A stretch of 64,000 nucleotides of DNA, from positions 35,684 through 99,683 of the IMG/VR virus record IMGVR_UViG_3300037042_003896. The stretch is one strand, 5' to 3'. Made by a program: the position numbers and the translations under genes. How positions within the stretch are numbered: the stretch's first letter is position 1; every line of letters begins with the position of its first letter. The notes beneath the pieces were generated by a model. The model did not search any database. It saw only the letters and a program-made list of their open reading frames with translations, and was not told the DNA's origin. Positions 31,701 through 40,651 of this stretch are shown piece after piece. The DNA is from a virus.

Positions 31701-34700
31701 TGGAAGAATTAAGATTATCAAATGTTTGTTGAAATCCTGTATCTATTGTATCATATGAATAAATTTGTCCCCATTGGTTAACAAAAAGATTTTTTAATGC
31801 TGCATAATATGAAACAACATTAATTTTCATTTCTTTTTCAGGAGTAGTACAATTTCCAATTTCTGATATTGTAAATCTTGACTTATCAGTTAAGAGACTA
31901 GTTCCTGTAGAAATCATCTCAGGACTTTGATCAGGAAAAGGAAGAGCAGTATTAGTAATATCTGTTCTTAAATATACTGATGTTTCTCTGTGCCAGTTAT
32001 TTATATTAAAATTATCTCCTGTAGAAATAACTCCAGGAATAAGATATTGTTTTAAATCAATATTACGTTGTTTTACTCCTTGATTATTAGGAATACCAAG
32101 ATTATAATTATAATCTGCTATAGAATTAAACGAATAAGCATAATTCTTTCTTGTTATACCATTTATATAAATAGAAAGATATGCTTGATATGCGGTAAAC
32201 ATAGCAATCGAATTAAAATCCGTAGTCATTGCTGCAAGATCAGATGAACTTTTAAGTGCATCTTGTTGCGCTTCCTTTGTAAGCAGTCTATATTTTGCGT
32301 TATTTTTAACTTTAATAAAGTGTGCTTTTCCTGCACCAAACATTACATTCTCAAGTTTGAGTATAGTCCCTAAGAATGGTTGTCCAAAGGATGTTTCAGG
32401 AGAATTAAAAATTTGTCTATATGCAAGATCAGGAACATCCTTAATAGGAAGTAATTCTTGAGCACCATCACAAGTTCCACCAATTACAGTACGTATATAA
32501 TCAATATTAGGATCACCAGGACCTTGAATATAGGATACACCTCCTGTATCAGGAACAACTTGAATAACTGTTACCTGACCACCAAATGGGGATCCATTTA
32601 TCCATAATTCTGTCCATCCTAAGAATCTATCATAATACCCAATTCTATATCCTCTACAGAGTTGGCAATTTTGTTGTGCTTCCCAAATTTCATATGTGGA
32701 TACACCACTTCTTCCTGTGCCACCCAATATTGTAGGTTTGCTTGTTGAACAAATTGTATCTTTAATTCCTATACTATCATATGTTATTTCAGTAATAGTA
32801 TCAGTATTACAATCTGTATATTGAACAGTGCTAATTAAAGTTATAGGATCTAATGTATATATTTCTACATCATAGTTTTTACAAATTTGTGCATATGCAT
32901 TATTTGTACCAGATAAGAATGGGTCTTGATTAAGATCATTATAGGGATAGTTAGGAAAATAAACATCTCTTTTTTCTCTTGTATATTTTCCTACATTCCT
33001 AAGAATGCCTTTAGCAACAATAGATTTATTTGTTCCCCTATCTCCTCTTACTATTTTAAATCCAATAATATCTGATTTTTGATCAACTGTAAGATTGGAT
33101 GAATTAATTAAACTAAGTATTTGTTGATTATTAATTTTAACACCTATAGGAAATACAGCATCATTTCCCATAACCATTGAATCAGTAGTTATAAATAACT
33201 TTGATTCAATTATAGGTGAAACTAATACATCAGGAAATTTATGATGTCTAATCTTTTGTCCAGCAAGATCTCCCCATACGTCTATGTTACAAGGATATTC
33301 TTCTGTTGATTCCCAATATGCAAATTCACCATATTGATAGGGTCCTTTATATGAAGGATTAGTAGAATATGTTGAATAGGTTGCATCAACTGATGCAGTG
33401 TTATATATCTTCCAATAAGGGGCACTTGTACCATCTCCTATGAAATCAGGATTTGTATTAGGTACATTAGGAAAAGATGTTTCTAATAAACTTATTACTC
33501 TTCCAGGAATATGAAAACCATCTGTTTGTTTTCCATTTCTAAGAAGGAATACAATTTCAAATGCATATACTTCATCCCTAAGATAACTTCTTAGATTTGT
33601 AGCATTAAGTTCATCTGAATAATTTTCTGTAGCAGGAATTTTCCAGGTTTCCCATTGTAATGTAATTTGACTAGCAATTTGTTGATAGTTAATTCTATCT
33701 ATAGATGTTAAATTATCCCAGACTAATATATCCTGAACAGCTGTAACATCTTGTGCTATATCATAATAAGGAGTTTTTTCAAATATATCATTAATAGATA
33801 AACGAATATTCTCTTGATTTTGTCCTGTATATGTAATCTGCCTATCAGTTTGATTAATAAAATATGTTCCTATTAATTCTACAGATGTAATGGCATTAAT
33901 TGTTTTAATAACAGCAATGTTAAAATACTGAAATTGTCCAGTAAGATCAAGATTTGATACATTAAAAATAATAGACTTTCCAACAGGATAATTAAAATTA
34001 ACAGATGTAATATGAATGTCTGCTATTGGTGTGGGATTGGTAATTGAATAATATGATGTATAAGGATTTCCTGCAGCATCTGAATATTGAACAGCAAATT
34101 GATATGTTCCTGCAAGAAGATTTCCACCATTAGTAATATCTGTTATATTAAGTTGAGGAATACTAAAATTAGGTTGTAATTTAAGTTGATTACAATCTAC
34201 ATCATCTGTATATATAGGACTACAAAGAGGTGATCCTGATCTTAATATCTTTGGAATATCATTTATATCTAAATACCTTCTAGGATTAAATCCATCTGTC
34301 CAATAAATTTCTGTAGTACAATTACTTATCTTATGTACACATTTATGTATAGGGTGATGTACATTGAAATTTAAACAAGGAGAATTTACCAAAACTTGAT
34401 ATTGGCAATCATTATTGTACATATATCCTATCTGACTATCTCCTGTATTAGGAGAAGTAATGAAAAATATATGTTTACTTTCCTCATTAATGAAATAAGT
34501 GCCAATTAATACATATCCTTCAGGAAATGAAACACAAAGTTCATTCCCTGATTCATTCTGATAATTTACAGAATTTGCATCAAAGTTTTCAACAGCAGCA
34601 TTCAATGCATAACTTAGTTTACCTTTAGGGATTTGATTTAAACTTTGATCTAAATTTAAACCAGTTGTAGCATTATTATACTCTTGTCTAATATTTCCTT

Positions 34701-34716
34701 GTTCCTGATCAGCCAT
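28774..34716 (-). CDS. Muzzle/tail stabilisation protein (P22 gp10-like) with Thr-rich passenger extension
   Basis: TGLNLD, IYWTDGFNPRRY, YLRDEVYAFEI, GGDTFISRF, WISFHSYIP motifs; follows a ring gene. Confidence 0.75.
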   Translation of the reverse strand: MADQEQGNIRQEYNNATTGLNLDQSLNQIPKGKLSYALNAAVENFDANSVNYQNESGNELCVSFPEGYVLIGTYFINEESKHIFFITSPNTGDSQIGYMYNNDCQYQVLVNSPCLNFNVHHPIHKCVHKISNCTTEIYWTDGFNPRRYLDINDIPKILRSGSPLCSPIYTDDVDCNQLKLQPNFSIPQLNITDITNGGNLLAGTYQFAVQYSDAAGNPYTSYYSITNPTPIADIHITSVNFNYPVGKSIIFNVSNLDLTGQFQYFNIAVIKTINAITSVELIGTYFINQTDRQITYTGQNQENIRLSINDIFEKTPYYDIAQDVTAVQDILVWDNLTSIDRINYQQIASQITLQWETWKIPATENYSDELNATNLRSYLRDEVYAFEIVFLLRNGKQTDGFHIPGRVISLLETSFPNVPNTNPDFIGDGTSAPYWKIYNTASVDATYSTYSTNPSYKGPYQYGEFAYWESTEEYPCNIDVWGDLAGQKIRHHKFPDVLVSPIIESKLFITTDSMVMGNDAVFPIGVKINNQQILSLINSSNLTVDQKSDIIGFKIVRGDRGTNKSIVAKGILRNVGKYTREKRDVYFPNYPYNDLNQDPFLSGTNNAYAQICKNYDVEIYTLDPITLISTVQYTDCNTDTITEITYDSIGIKDTICSTSKPTILGGTGRSGVSTYEIWEAQQNCQLCRGYRIGYYDRFLGWTELWINGSPFGGQVTVIQVVPDTGGVSYIQGPGDPNIDYIRTVIGGTCDGAQELLPIKDVPDLAYRQIFNSPETSFGQPFLGTILKLENVMFGAGKAHFIKVKNNAKYRLLTKEAQQDALKSSSDLAAMTTDFNSIAMFTAYQAYLSIYINGITRKNYAYSFNSIADYNYNLGIPNNQGVKQRNIDLKQYLIPGVISTGDNFNINNWHRETSVYLRTDITNTALPFPDQSPEMISTGTSLLTDKSRFTISEIGNCTTPEKEMKINVVSYYAALKNLFVNQWGQIYSYDTIDTGFQQTFDNLNSSTIFGGDTFISRFAFKTKLPFFIDNRVNALDDSDIFYDEIGNVAYPKYWHSARSILANFTFPVYDNGNIETPAGMTNIISYKAHNFDCPNSQGGPTDTNAAGRTYYDGYFYLFAYGIPNFYCESAYNTDLRQAFNNREGDFFPHVSTTIPDDWFQETFVPIIQDNTYYYNITFSKQNKENTFTHLPPDWEDKLCYTHYPFRAIYSDTQNTDADNRVNAWLTYRAISYYDFPQNFGKLTSLDGIQNRAILARFENKSLLYNTLLTIDTSNPQAAYMGNPTLFRGSPPVDFAETDLGYVGSQNKMLLKIPQGQITIDAKRGQVFLVSGQQANDLSAFGSGMNRFFTDHLAFEILRFFPTVNTDNNFTGVGLHGLYDSKFDRVIITKLDYVPIDPNVKYDPITEEFYIETIYPILSYSCELAGNVIELDPCFIAGEVVINGTTTTSTTSTTTTRLPETEIDYIVRTVVSLKDRDYFCNKSWTLSFNMNTKSWISFHSYIPNWYIAENNFFYSGLNSCCEDFDFIAGTIIPNPPTTTTTTTTGVPPTTTTTTTSTSTTSTTTTSTTSTTTTSTTTMYVCQRPLGLTEYQFIIGYNTISPVTTFVSTANAEDACVAAAFIINEPVDNVIPASIYIDTTSISINSQVYLVNGTTDCTCVPDGWYFTPEMAYDGQVLEVSSCYIVNIVDCIPTTTTTTTSTTTTTTTTIPLPIPCGVPTTFSGGISYPFNRTITLDATTGITLFDYDAYSVPDRFIVSWNAGVEIDTGYVGTVNFDFGGVNRSAFNFALLGRIDPITSNVYPDLITYPDDGYPRITSPGIGTVSFNKTLAAPADAYVDVYAPMNGTAWTFKLNCPGITTTTTTTTTSTTSTTTSTTSTTTSTTSSTTTTTTTTAIPVYDYLISTLTYLNSATVCALPSEPVTTIVYSSYAPSGLITHQLYTDAGLTTPYIGTDGYHWFSENPSGGQVYWVRTASGVVTTGGFC

Positions 34717-34721
34717 TTGTA

Positions 34722-35690
34722 TTAATTGTTTCTGCGTCTGCCGTACCTATTAGTACGATTTGGCAATTCATACATATTAAATCTATTCAAGTCTTGTTTA
34801 ATCCTTCGCTGTTTAGCCCAAGGATCTTGTTTCTTGATTTCAAGATCTGCCATAATAAAGGCTTCTTCTGAAAGTTGTTTGTAATAGATTAATTTTTGTT
34901 GTAATTGATTGAATGTTTCATCAGTAATTTGATTGGAAAGAGTCTCGAACACTTTATATTTAATAAAGGCTTCAACATATTCCCTAATACGAAAGTTATC
35001 AGGAATTAATTGATTCCCTATCTTATCATATTCTATGGCGTAAAATATTAAATGTACTACTCCTATTCTGAAATTAGTAACAAATTTATTATCTCTAATA
35101 TCAAATGAATCATAAGTTGATGCTCCTACAGTAAATGTGTTAACTGGAGGAAGTTGTCCATAAGTGTTCCATGCATCTGTATAAGATACATCACAATTAT
35201 GTCTTGCAGAAATATTTCCTGGCTTGAGAAGATATTCCTTTTTATATGATACTGCTACTGAGTTGTTTGTTTTATATACAGCCTGTACAAGATTAGGCAT
35301 ACACTCATCACATCCGTCCACACAATGTGGATTATTACAAGGTTGTCCATCTACCACCATAGGAGCAATCTGTATTGTAGTGGAGGAGGCTGCTTGTGAA
35401 TAGAATGAATTAGCAGACTGATGGGGATATCCATTTACCTCTGTACAAAGCCAAGCTTCCCTTACAGCATAAAAATTATCTGGAAGTCTTGCCTGAAAAT
35501 CCTCAATGTAAAGAACTTCTTCAGTGATTACATAAGTTGCCCTTCCTAACTTCTTTAGACATTTGTCTAAATATGTAGGAAACATTAAATCGTCTACAGC
35601 TCCTGTATCGAAATAACTTTTCAACTCCTCTTTTACAGTGGAGTAAACTACTTCAGGAGTAGTGAAATTATATTTATAATAGTATGACAT
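34722..35690 (-). CDS. Tail ring/tubular protein
   Basis: 322 aa; between IHF-like and muzzle genes in crAss-like gene order. Confidence 0.55.
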   Translation of the reverse strand: MSYYYKYNFTTPEVVYSTVKEELKSYFDTGAVDDLMFPTYLDKCLKKLGRATYVITEEVLYIEDFQARLPDNFYAVREAWLCTEVNGYPHQSANSFYSQAASSTTIQIAPMVVDGQPCNNPHCVDGCDECMPNLVQAVYKTNNSVAVSYKKEYLLKPGNISARHNCDVSYTDAWNTYGQLPPVNTFTVGASTYDSFDIRDNKFVTNFRIGVVHLIFYAIEYDKIGNQLIPDNFRIREYVEAFIKYKVFETLSNQITDETFNQLQQKLIYYKQLSEEAFIMADLEIKKQDPWAKQRRIKQDLNRFNMYELPNRTNRYGRRRNN

Positions 35691-35695
35691 CTATT

Positions 35696-36175
35696 TTATT
35701 TTTTCCATTCTGAATATAACTGCTGATATCTGTCATTGGTTTTTATGTAATGTGATAATAGTCTGGAAGTTGTTCTGGAAGGTTTAAAGTACCAAAGATC
35801 TGAATTCTTGATTCTTGCTGTCTTTTTAAACCACATCCACCCAAAGAAGTATCCTTCTGTATGAAAGTTAAAGTTGTATATAACTTTTCCCTTTTCTTTG
35901 GTTTTCTGCCAATCTATAGGAAGATTAATAAACTCTTTACCATTTACTCCCTTTATTCTCCTTCGTTTTTTCTTATTGATTGAAAATTCACCAAATCCAA
36001 AAGGAAACTTTATTTTTTCTCCTGTTTCTAATATATATTCTTTAAAGGATTCGTTAAAAGAATATATTATGTTTTTCCAATCATCAAATGATAAATGTAT
36101 ACTAGGATGTTTATCGCAAAAACTATTGTAATTTTCTTTACTTGAACTTCTCCAATCAACATGAACTCTACTCAT
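35696..36175 (-). CDS. IHF/HU-like DNA-binding protein
   Basis: Basic; KIKFPFGFGEFSI signature; conserved crAss-like position. Confidence 0.65.
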   Translation of the reverse strand: MSRVHVDWRSSSKENYNSFCDKHPSIHLSFDDWKNIIYSFNESFKEYILETGEKIKFPFGFGEFSINKKKRRRIKGVNGKEFINLPIDWQKTKEKGKVIYNFNFHTEGYFFGWMWFKKTARIKNSDLWYFKPSRTTSRLLSHYIKTNDRYQQLYSEWKK

Positions 36176-36185
36176 AAACTATATT

Positions 36186-36914
36186 TTACTTTAGGGCGGG
36201 AGCATTTGGTGCTTGACCATCTACACCATCTTGTGTAATGTCTGTTTTAAGTTGGAAGTAGGTAGCTAATAATTTTTGAGAAGTTAATTCTAATGCTTGC
36301 TTTTCAAGATAACCAGGAATAGAAAATTCTTTATCTAAAGGATTCTTACAAATCTCATCTAACGTAGCCTGTGGTGTACCACACCCACAATCAGGATACA
36401 TTATTTCATTTGGGATATCTTCTTCAAATAAAGCTACAAATCTTATTGTTGCTACTAACGGATTACTTACATATAGATATCCATTGGCTATCCAATAATA
36501 TTCTTCCTTTTTAATAATAGGAAGTTTTAAAAGATTAATGTATCGGTTAACGGTAATTTCTTTTAATTTCTTACCTTGACCGCTCATTGCATTAATAGAA
36601 TACACTCCTTGTATTACATACTGATAGTTTCCTTCAGATACACGAGGAAGTTTAACTTTAGTTCTTGCTACACTACATTCATCTACATAATTACAGCATT
36701 CAGAAATAGGAACTTCCATCATTTCTAAACAAGGAATAGTTGTAAAAACAGTATCTGTAGCCCAGAGTTTTCTGAGATTGGTTTCTCTCTTAATTAATAA
36801 TAAAGAGTTGTTTCTAATCTCGGATGCAATTGCACGATCTGTTATCAAATTATCAGTTGATAACAGTTTGTGCATTGATCTTATTGATGAAACCAAATAT
36901 CTTAATGTGCTCAT
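36186..36914 (-). CDS. Tail ring protein
   Basis: 242 aa; gene order; YYWIANGYLYV. Confidence 0.55.
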   Translation of the reverse strand: MSTLRYLVSSIRSMHKLLSTDNLITDRAIASEIRNNSLLLIKRETNLRKLWATDTVFTTIPCLEMMEVPISECCNYVDECSVARTKVKLPRVSEGNYQYVIQGVYSINAMSGQGKKLKEITVNRYINLLKLPIIKKEEYYWIANGYLYVSNPLVATIRFVALFEEDIPNEIMYPDCGCGTPQATLDEICKNPLDKEFSIPGYLEKQALELTSQKLLATYFQLKTDITQDGVDGQAPNAPALK

Positions 36915-36917
36915 TTT

Positions 36918-37739
36918 TTATAAATTTATAAGTTCCTTAGTCCAAACATAATCTTTACATATATTATTCTTTCTATTTATTGCTTGCTGAATACCAGTAA
37001 TTGATATTCCTGTATTTCTATGAGCATCACTATATGAAGAATATTTACAGATCAATACGTTATTTAAATTATATTGATATACGGGAATACAAATTTTATG
37101 TAATCTATTTTTCAAACCTTGACTATAATTAATTTTTTCTATTTTATTTCCTAAGAAAGTATAATGCCAAACATATCCTTTAAAAGTTTTTGCACTAAAT
37201 GTAGGTATTCTTTTATTTGGTAAATTAAAAAATCTTCCAACATCTGCTAAACTATCCCATTCTTGAATAAAACTACCTTCTAAATCATATTGATATATTT
37301 TCTTAGATTTAAGATTATTTTTTCCAAATTTCCCTTTAAATATGTTGTTTGCTCCTATTTTTATTTTACTTTCATTAGACATTGAATAACCTACAGTACC
37401 TTCTCCTCCTTCAGTCAAATTAGTTAGTGTTCCAGTTTTTAAATCTATTCTACCATATAAAGATATAAACTCTTTTTCCTTTTCTTTAATAAAACTGTAA
37501 TCATTAGATTCAAAAAGTATATCAATGTTATATTTTGTTTTACTTATTATTTTTCTCCAGATATTATTTCTTCTACTTTTATTATAGGCTCTTGAAAATT
37601 CTACAGAAGTATTAATAAATTTTTTAGGTTTGCTACCTATACCAATATAGAAAGGTTCTAATTTATCAATTCTTATATGTCTATAAATGTAATATTTATT
37701 TTCTGTAACATCTGAAACTAATTTTCTTAAAGTTGACAT
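36918..37739 (-). mobile_element. Free-standing GIY-YIG homing endonuclease with two NUMOD1-type DNA-binding repeats
   Basis: YYIYRH..PFYIGIG; EKEFI..LTNLTEGGEG; KKIYQYDLEG..W.S and PVYQYNLNN..YSS. Confidence 0.85.
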
Positions 37740-38989
37740 TATAAATATTGTTTGAATATATTTGTTATTCCATATGTTTTATCTATTAAGAATCCTGTAA
37801 CTCCAGATTTTCTTCCTGTAAAACCATTCTTATCTTCCCATTTACTTGATACTGTTGAAAATGCAGAGATTCTATAGAATTCAATACCATTATAATCGTG
37901 ACTCATTTCTGTATGTTTATCTCCTGTAAAGATATAGAAGTTCTTATGAAAAGACCAAGCTTCTCTATATTCTATAGGAAACATTGCAGCAAGTCTTTCA
38001 GGTTTAATTTTATCACCATGATTAAACATCATAGCTGATTCACCATAACTTACATACTTTCTATATTCAGGACTAATATCAAAGACTAATCTTTCTTCAT
38101 TTCTAAAATAAACCTTTAGCCAACTAATCATATGCCATCCTGCATATTCATCGTGATTTCCAGGCATAAATACAATTTCTATATTTGTTCCAAGAGTTAA
38201 CATCATTTGTATAACTTCCACCTCATGATTGCATATTTTTTCAAAAGCTTCATGAAATTTAAGAATATTTTCTTGTGGTGTACCTCCTGTAGTTAATCCT
38301 GTATGTTCGCTGTTAAATGCATCAGAACCAAGGATATATAGAATTTTTTCAAGATTGTTTGAGAGTTTTGCTTGTTTTATAATTACTTCTGTCTTATCAA
38401 AAATATTTTTAAAACGTTTATCTATGTCATTATCTGAACCTACACCATCTTGTCTATTATAATGAGCGTCCTGTTTATTAATAAGAAGACAACCAAAAGG
38501 TTTATCAAGTTCGTAAAGTGGAGCAGATATATCTATTGACTTTGGTGTATATGTACTTAAAAAGTCTACAAACGCATCTTGAAGGACTTGTTCAGTAGAC
38601 TTTTTTCCTAACCAAGCTTTCACTTGCCAATGTGGAGTACTTGCATTTCCCCAATAATTTTGAACGTATTTAATTATATCCCATTTAGTTACGTCTATAT
38701 TGCACTTTATTATTAGTTCTTCTAGTGTTTTGATTTCTTCTTTAGAGTCAAAGGTTAGTTCTCCTGTACCTTTTGTTAAATCTTCTGCAAAGTTTATTGA
38801 TAGATCATCAATTTGGATATCTGTAATGTATGTTGATATATTATCATCATACGTTTGTCCTCTAAGTTTTTGCAGTAGTTCAGAAATTGTAGCTTCTGTA
38901 ACAGATAATTTATCTGCATAAAACTTTTTGCTTCTCTTCCAATGAAGCATTTCTTCCAATTGACTTAATAAATCTTGATTTTCAGACAT
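37739..38989 (-). CDS. Calcineurin-like metallophosphoesterase
   Basis: QDAH, GSDAF, PGNHD, NHGD, GDKH motifs. Confidence 0.8.
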   Translation of the reverse strand: MSENQDLLSQLEEMLHWKRSKKFYADKLSVTEATISELLQKLRGQTYDDNISTYITDIQIDDLSINFAEDLTKGTGELTFDSKEEIKTLEELIIKCNIDVTKWDIIKYVQNYWGNASTPHWQVKAWLGKKSTEQVLQDAFVDFLSTYTPKSIDISAPLYELDKPFGCLLINKQDAHYNRQDGVGSDNDIDKRFKNIFDKTEVIIKQAKLSNNLEKILYILGSDAFNSEHTGLTTGGTPQENILKFHEAFEKICNHEVEVIQMMLTLGTNIEIVFMPGNHDEYAGWHMISWLKVYFRNEERLVFDISPEYRKYVSYGESAMMFNHGDKIKPERLAAMFPIEYREAWSFHKNFYIFTGDKHTEMSHDYNGIEFYRISAFSTVSSKWEDKNGFTGRKSGVTGFLIDKTYGITNIFKQYL

Positions 38990-39017
38990 ACGGTATCAAA
39001 GTTAGTTAAAATTTACG

Positions 39018-39048
39018 TAAAGGTAAAAACAATTTTTATATTTTCAAA
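39018..39048 (-). promoter_or_regulatory. Bacteroidota-type promoter (TTTG-N19-TACCTTTA)
   Basis: One mismatch from consensus, correct spacing, upstream of the phosphoesterase gene. Confidence 0.6.
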
Positions 39049-39101
39049 ATTAATTTAATTAATATCGTTATTATTTATAATCAGTTTGGTTATAAACAAA
39101 A

Positions 39102-39152
39102 CTCCCCAGACTTTCGTCTAGGGAGAAATCCTGTAAAACCAACAAAACAGGA
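39102..39152 (-). terminator. Two adjacent hairpins; the second has a GAAA tetraloop and is followed by a U-tract (probable terminator)
   Basis: Plus-strand CTCCCCAGAC-TTTC-GTCTAGGGAG and TCCTGT-N12-ACAGGA, after the stop at 39173. Confidence 0.55.
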
Positions 39153-39172
39153 CCTTTTTGTATGTTTATAAT

Positions 39173-39829
39173 TTATGTAGTACTTGTCATTGTAATTGTA
39201 TCAGGACTTCCTATCACTCCAACACTTGTACTTGTTATTTGTACTTGCATTGTAGTAGAATCACCAGGAGTACTTCCTGCAATTACCATAAAATAAATAT
39301 ATGTACCTCCAATAAAAGTTAATGAATAAGGATTAAATCCACCTGGTCCAATTATTGCATCCCAAACTTTAAGACTAAAATCAGGATCAGGATCTACACT
39401 TACATAAAGTTGACCATTTCCTCCTGTATGAGCAATTTCTGTTCCTGTAATTTCAACAGTGAATTGTTCATCTGGACCTATTATTTGTGATGACCAATAT
39501 TCTGTACGAGGATTACTCCCAGGTCCTGCATCAATTGGAGGAGCTATATTGAATATTACATCAGAAGGTACAAATAAAGTAGTGGTGGTAGTAGTAGTTG
39601 TAGTAGTAGTAACTACATTTAATATAATATAATTTAAACAAATTCCTACAGATTGTACTTTAATACATATAGTATCATCTGGTATAGGGGAGGCAATGTA
39701 TCCTGAGGATAGTGTGCTTGCAGGAATATTTGTAGCGAATATGGTATATATAATACCATCAGGACTTGTATATACATCAAATGGTCCAGCATCAATACCT
39801 ATTGTTGTTAATGTTATTAATATTGTCAT
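39173..39829 (-). CDS. Thr-linker tail/decoration protein
   Basis: Likely start MTILITLTT at 39829; N-terminal module, poly-Thr, beta-rich domain. Confidence 0.55.
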   Translation of the reverse strand: MTILITLTTIGIDAGPFDVYTSPDGIIYTIFATNIPASTLSSGYIASPIPDDTICIKVQSVGICLNYIILNVVTTTTTTTTTTTLFVPSDVIFNIAPPIDAGPGSNPRTEYWSSQIIGPDEQFTVEITGTEIAHTGGNGQLYVSVDPDPDFSLKVWDAIIGPGGFNPYSLTFIGGTYIYFMVIAGSTPGDSTTMQVQITSTSVGVIGSPDTITMTSTT

Positions 39830-39840
39830 AATTGTTAGTT

Positions 39841-40650
39841 TTATAATGTATATGTATGTATTGCTCCTATTATTGTTGTAGACCAATCAATAGGATCTAC
39901 AGGAATATATACACCGTTGGTATATCTACTTGTTCTCAAGTTCTCTGTCATCCACACCTTTCCATCAGGCATCATTTTAGTTGGATAAATATTTCCATCA
40001 ATATCAATTAATGTACCTGTACTTCCTGGAGTATATCCACTAGTATTATCTGTAACAAGTCTAATATCAAATCCATAATTTTTTAAATAATGTATTGGAC
40101 TTGAATACATTGTGTTTCCATTATACCCAAAATTCCTATAATCTCCTAATGTTAGACTTCTTGATCCTGATCCCCAGAAATTTGCATAAGCATGTCGTCC
40201 TGACATAACTCCTGTATTCCCAACAACTCCACTTGGATTTATTTTAAACCCAGAAGTATTAGTTCCTTCCATTGCAGGATTACTTGCTTTTAACCAAAGA
40301 CCTGTTCCATCTGTCATATTTCCTATGGATTTCATAGGAACAGTTGTACTACCAAGAGAGGAAAATAATCCTGTCCAATCTGAATCAGTTGTAACACGCC
40401 ATCCTACAGGTGCTAATAATGGATTACTTGCAGCAAACCAATTATAAAGAAGACCATATATAGATGGAGAAATTGTAGTGGTAGTGGTTGTAGTCACTAT
40501 AGGATAATCACTTGTTGTTGTGGTAGTTGTGCTACTAGTAGTAGACGTAGTTGTTGTACTACTACTACTACTTGTTGTGGTAGTAGTAGTACAATTTGGA
40601 TTTACTGGTAAAAAGAAATCACTACAATCTGCTTTATTTGCTAGTGCCAT
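39841..40650 (-). CDS. Fibrobacter succinogenes major paralogous (FISUMP) domain protein with Thr/Ser linker
   Basis: YGLLYNWFAA, APVGWRV, GTNTSGF, GFDIRLV, DIDGNIY..VWMTENL. Confidence 0.75.
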   Translation of the reverse strand: MALANKADCSDFFLPVNPNCTTTTTTSSSSSTTTTSTTSSTTTTTTSDYPIVTTTTTTTISPSIYGLLYNWFAASNPLLAPVGWRVTTDSDWTGLFSSLGSTTVPMKSIGNMTDGTGLWLKASNPAMEGTNTSGFKINPSGVVGNTGVMSGRHAYANFWGSGSRSLTLGDYRNFGYNGNTMYSSPIHYLKNYGFDIRLVTDNTSGYTPGSTGTLIDIDGNIYPTKMMPDGKVWMTENLRTSRYTNGVYIPVDPIDWSTTIIGAIHTYTL

Positions 40651-40651
40651 A

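Noticed and set aside
36918-37739. Group I intron or intein around the endonuclease
   Set aside because: No room for an intron core (3 nt to the next ATG), the ORF has its own stop, and there are no intein terminal residues
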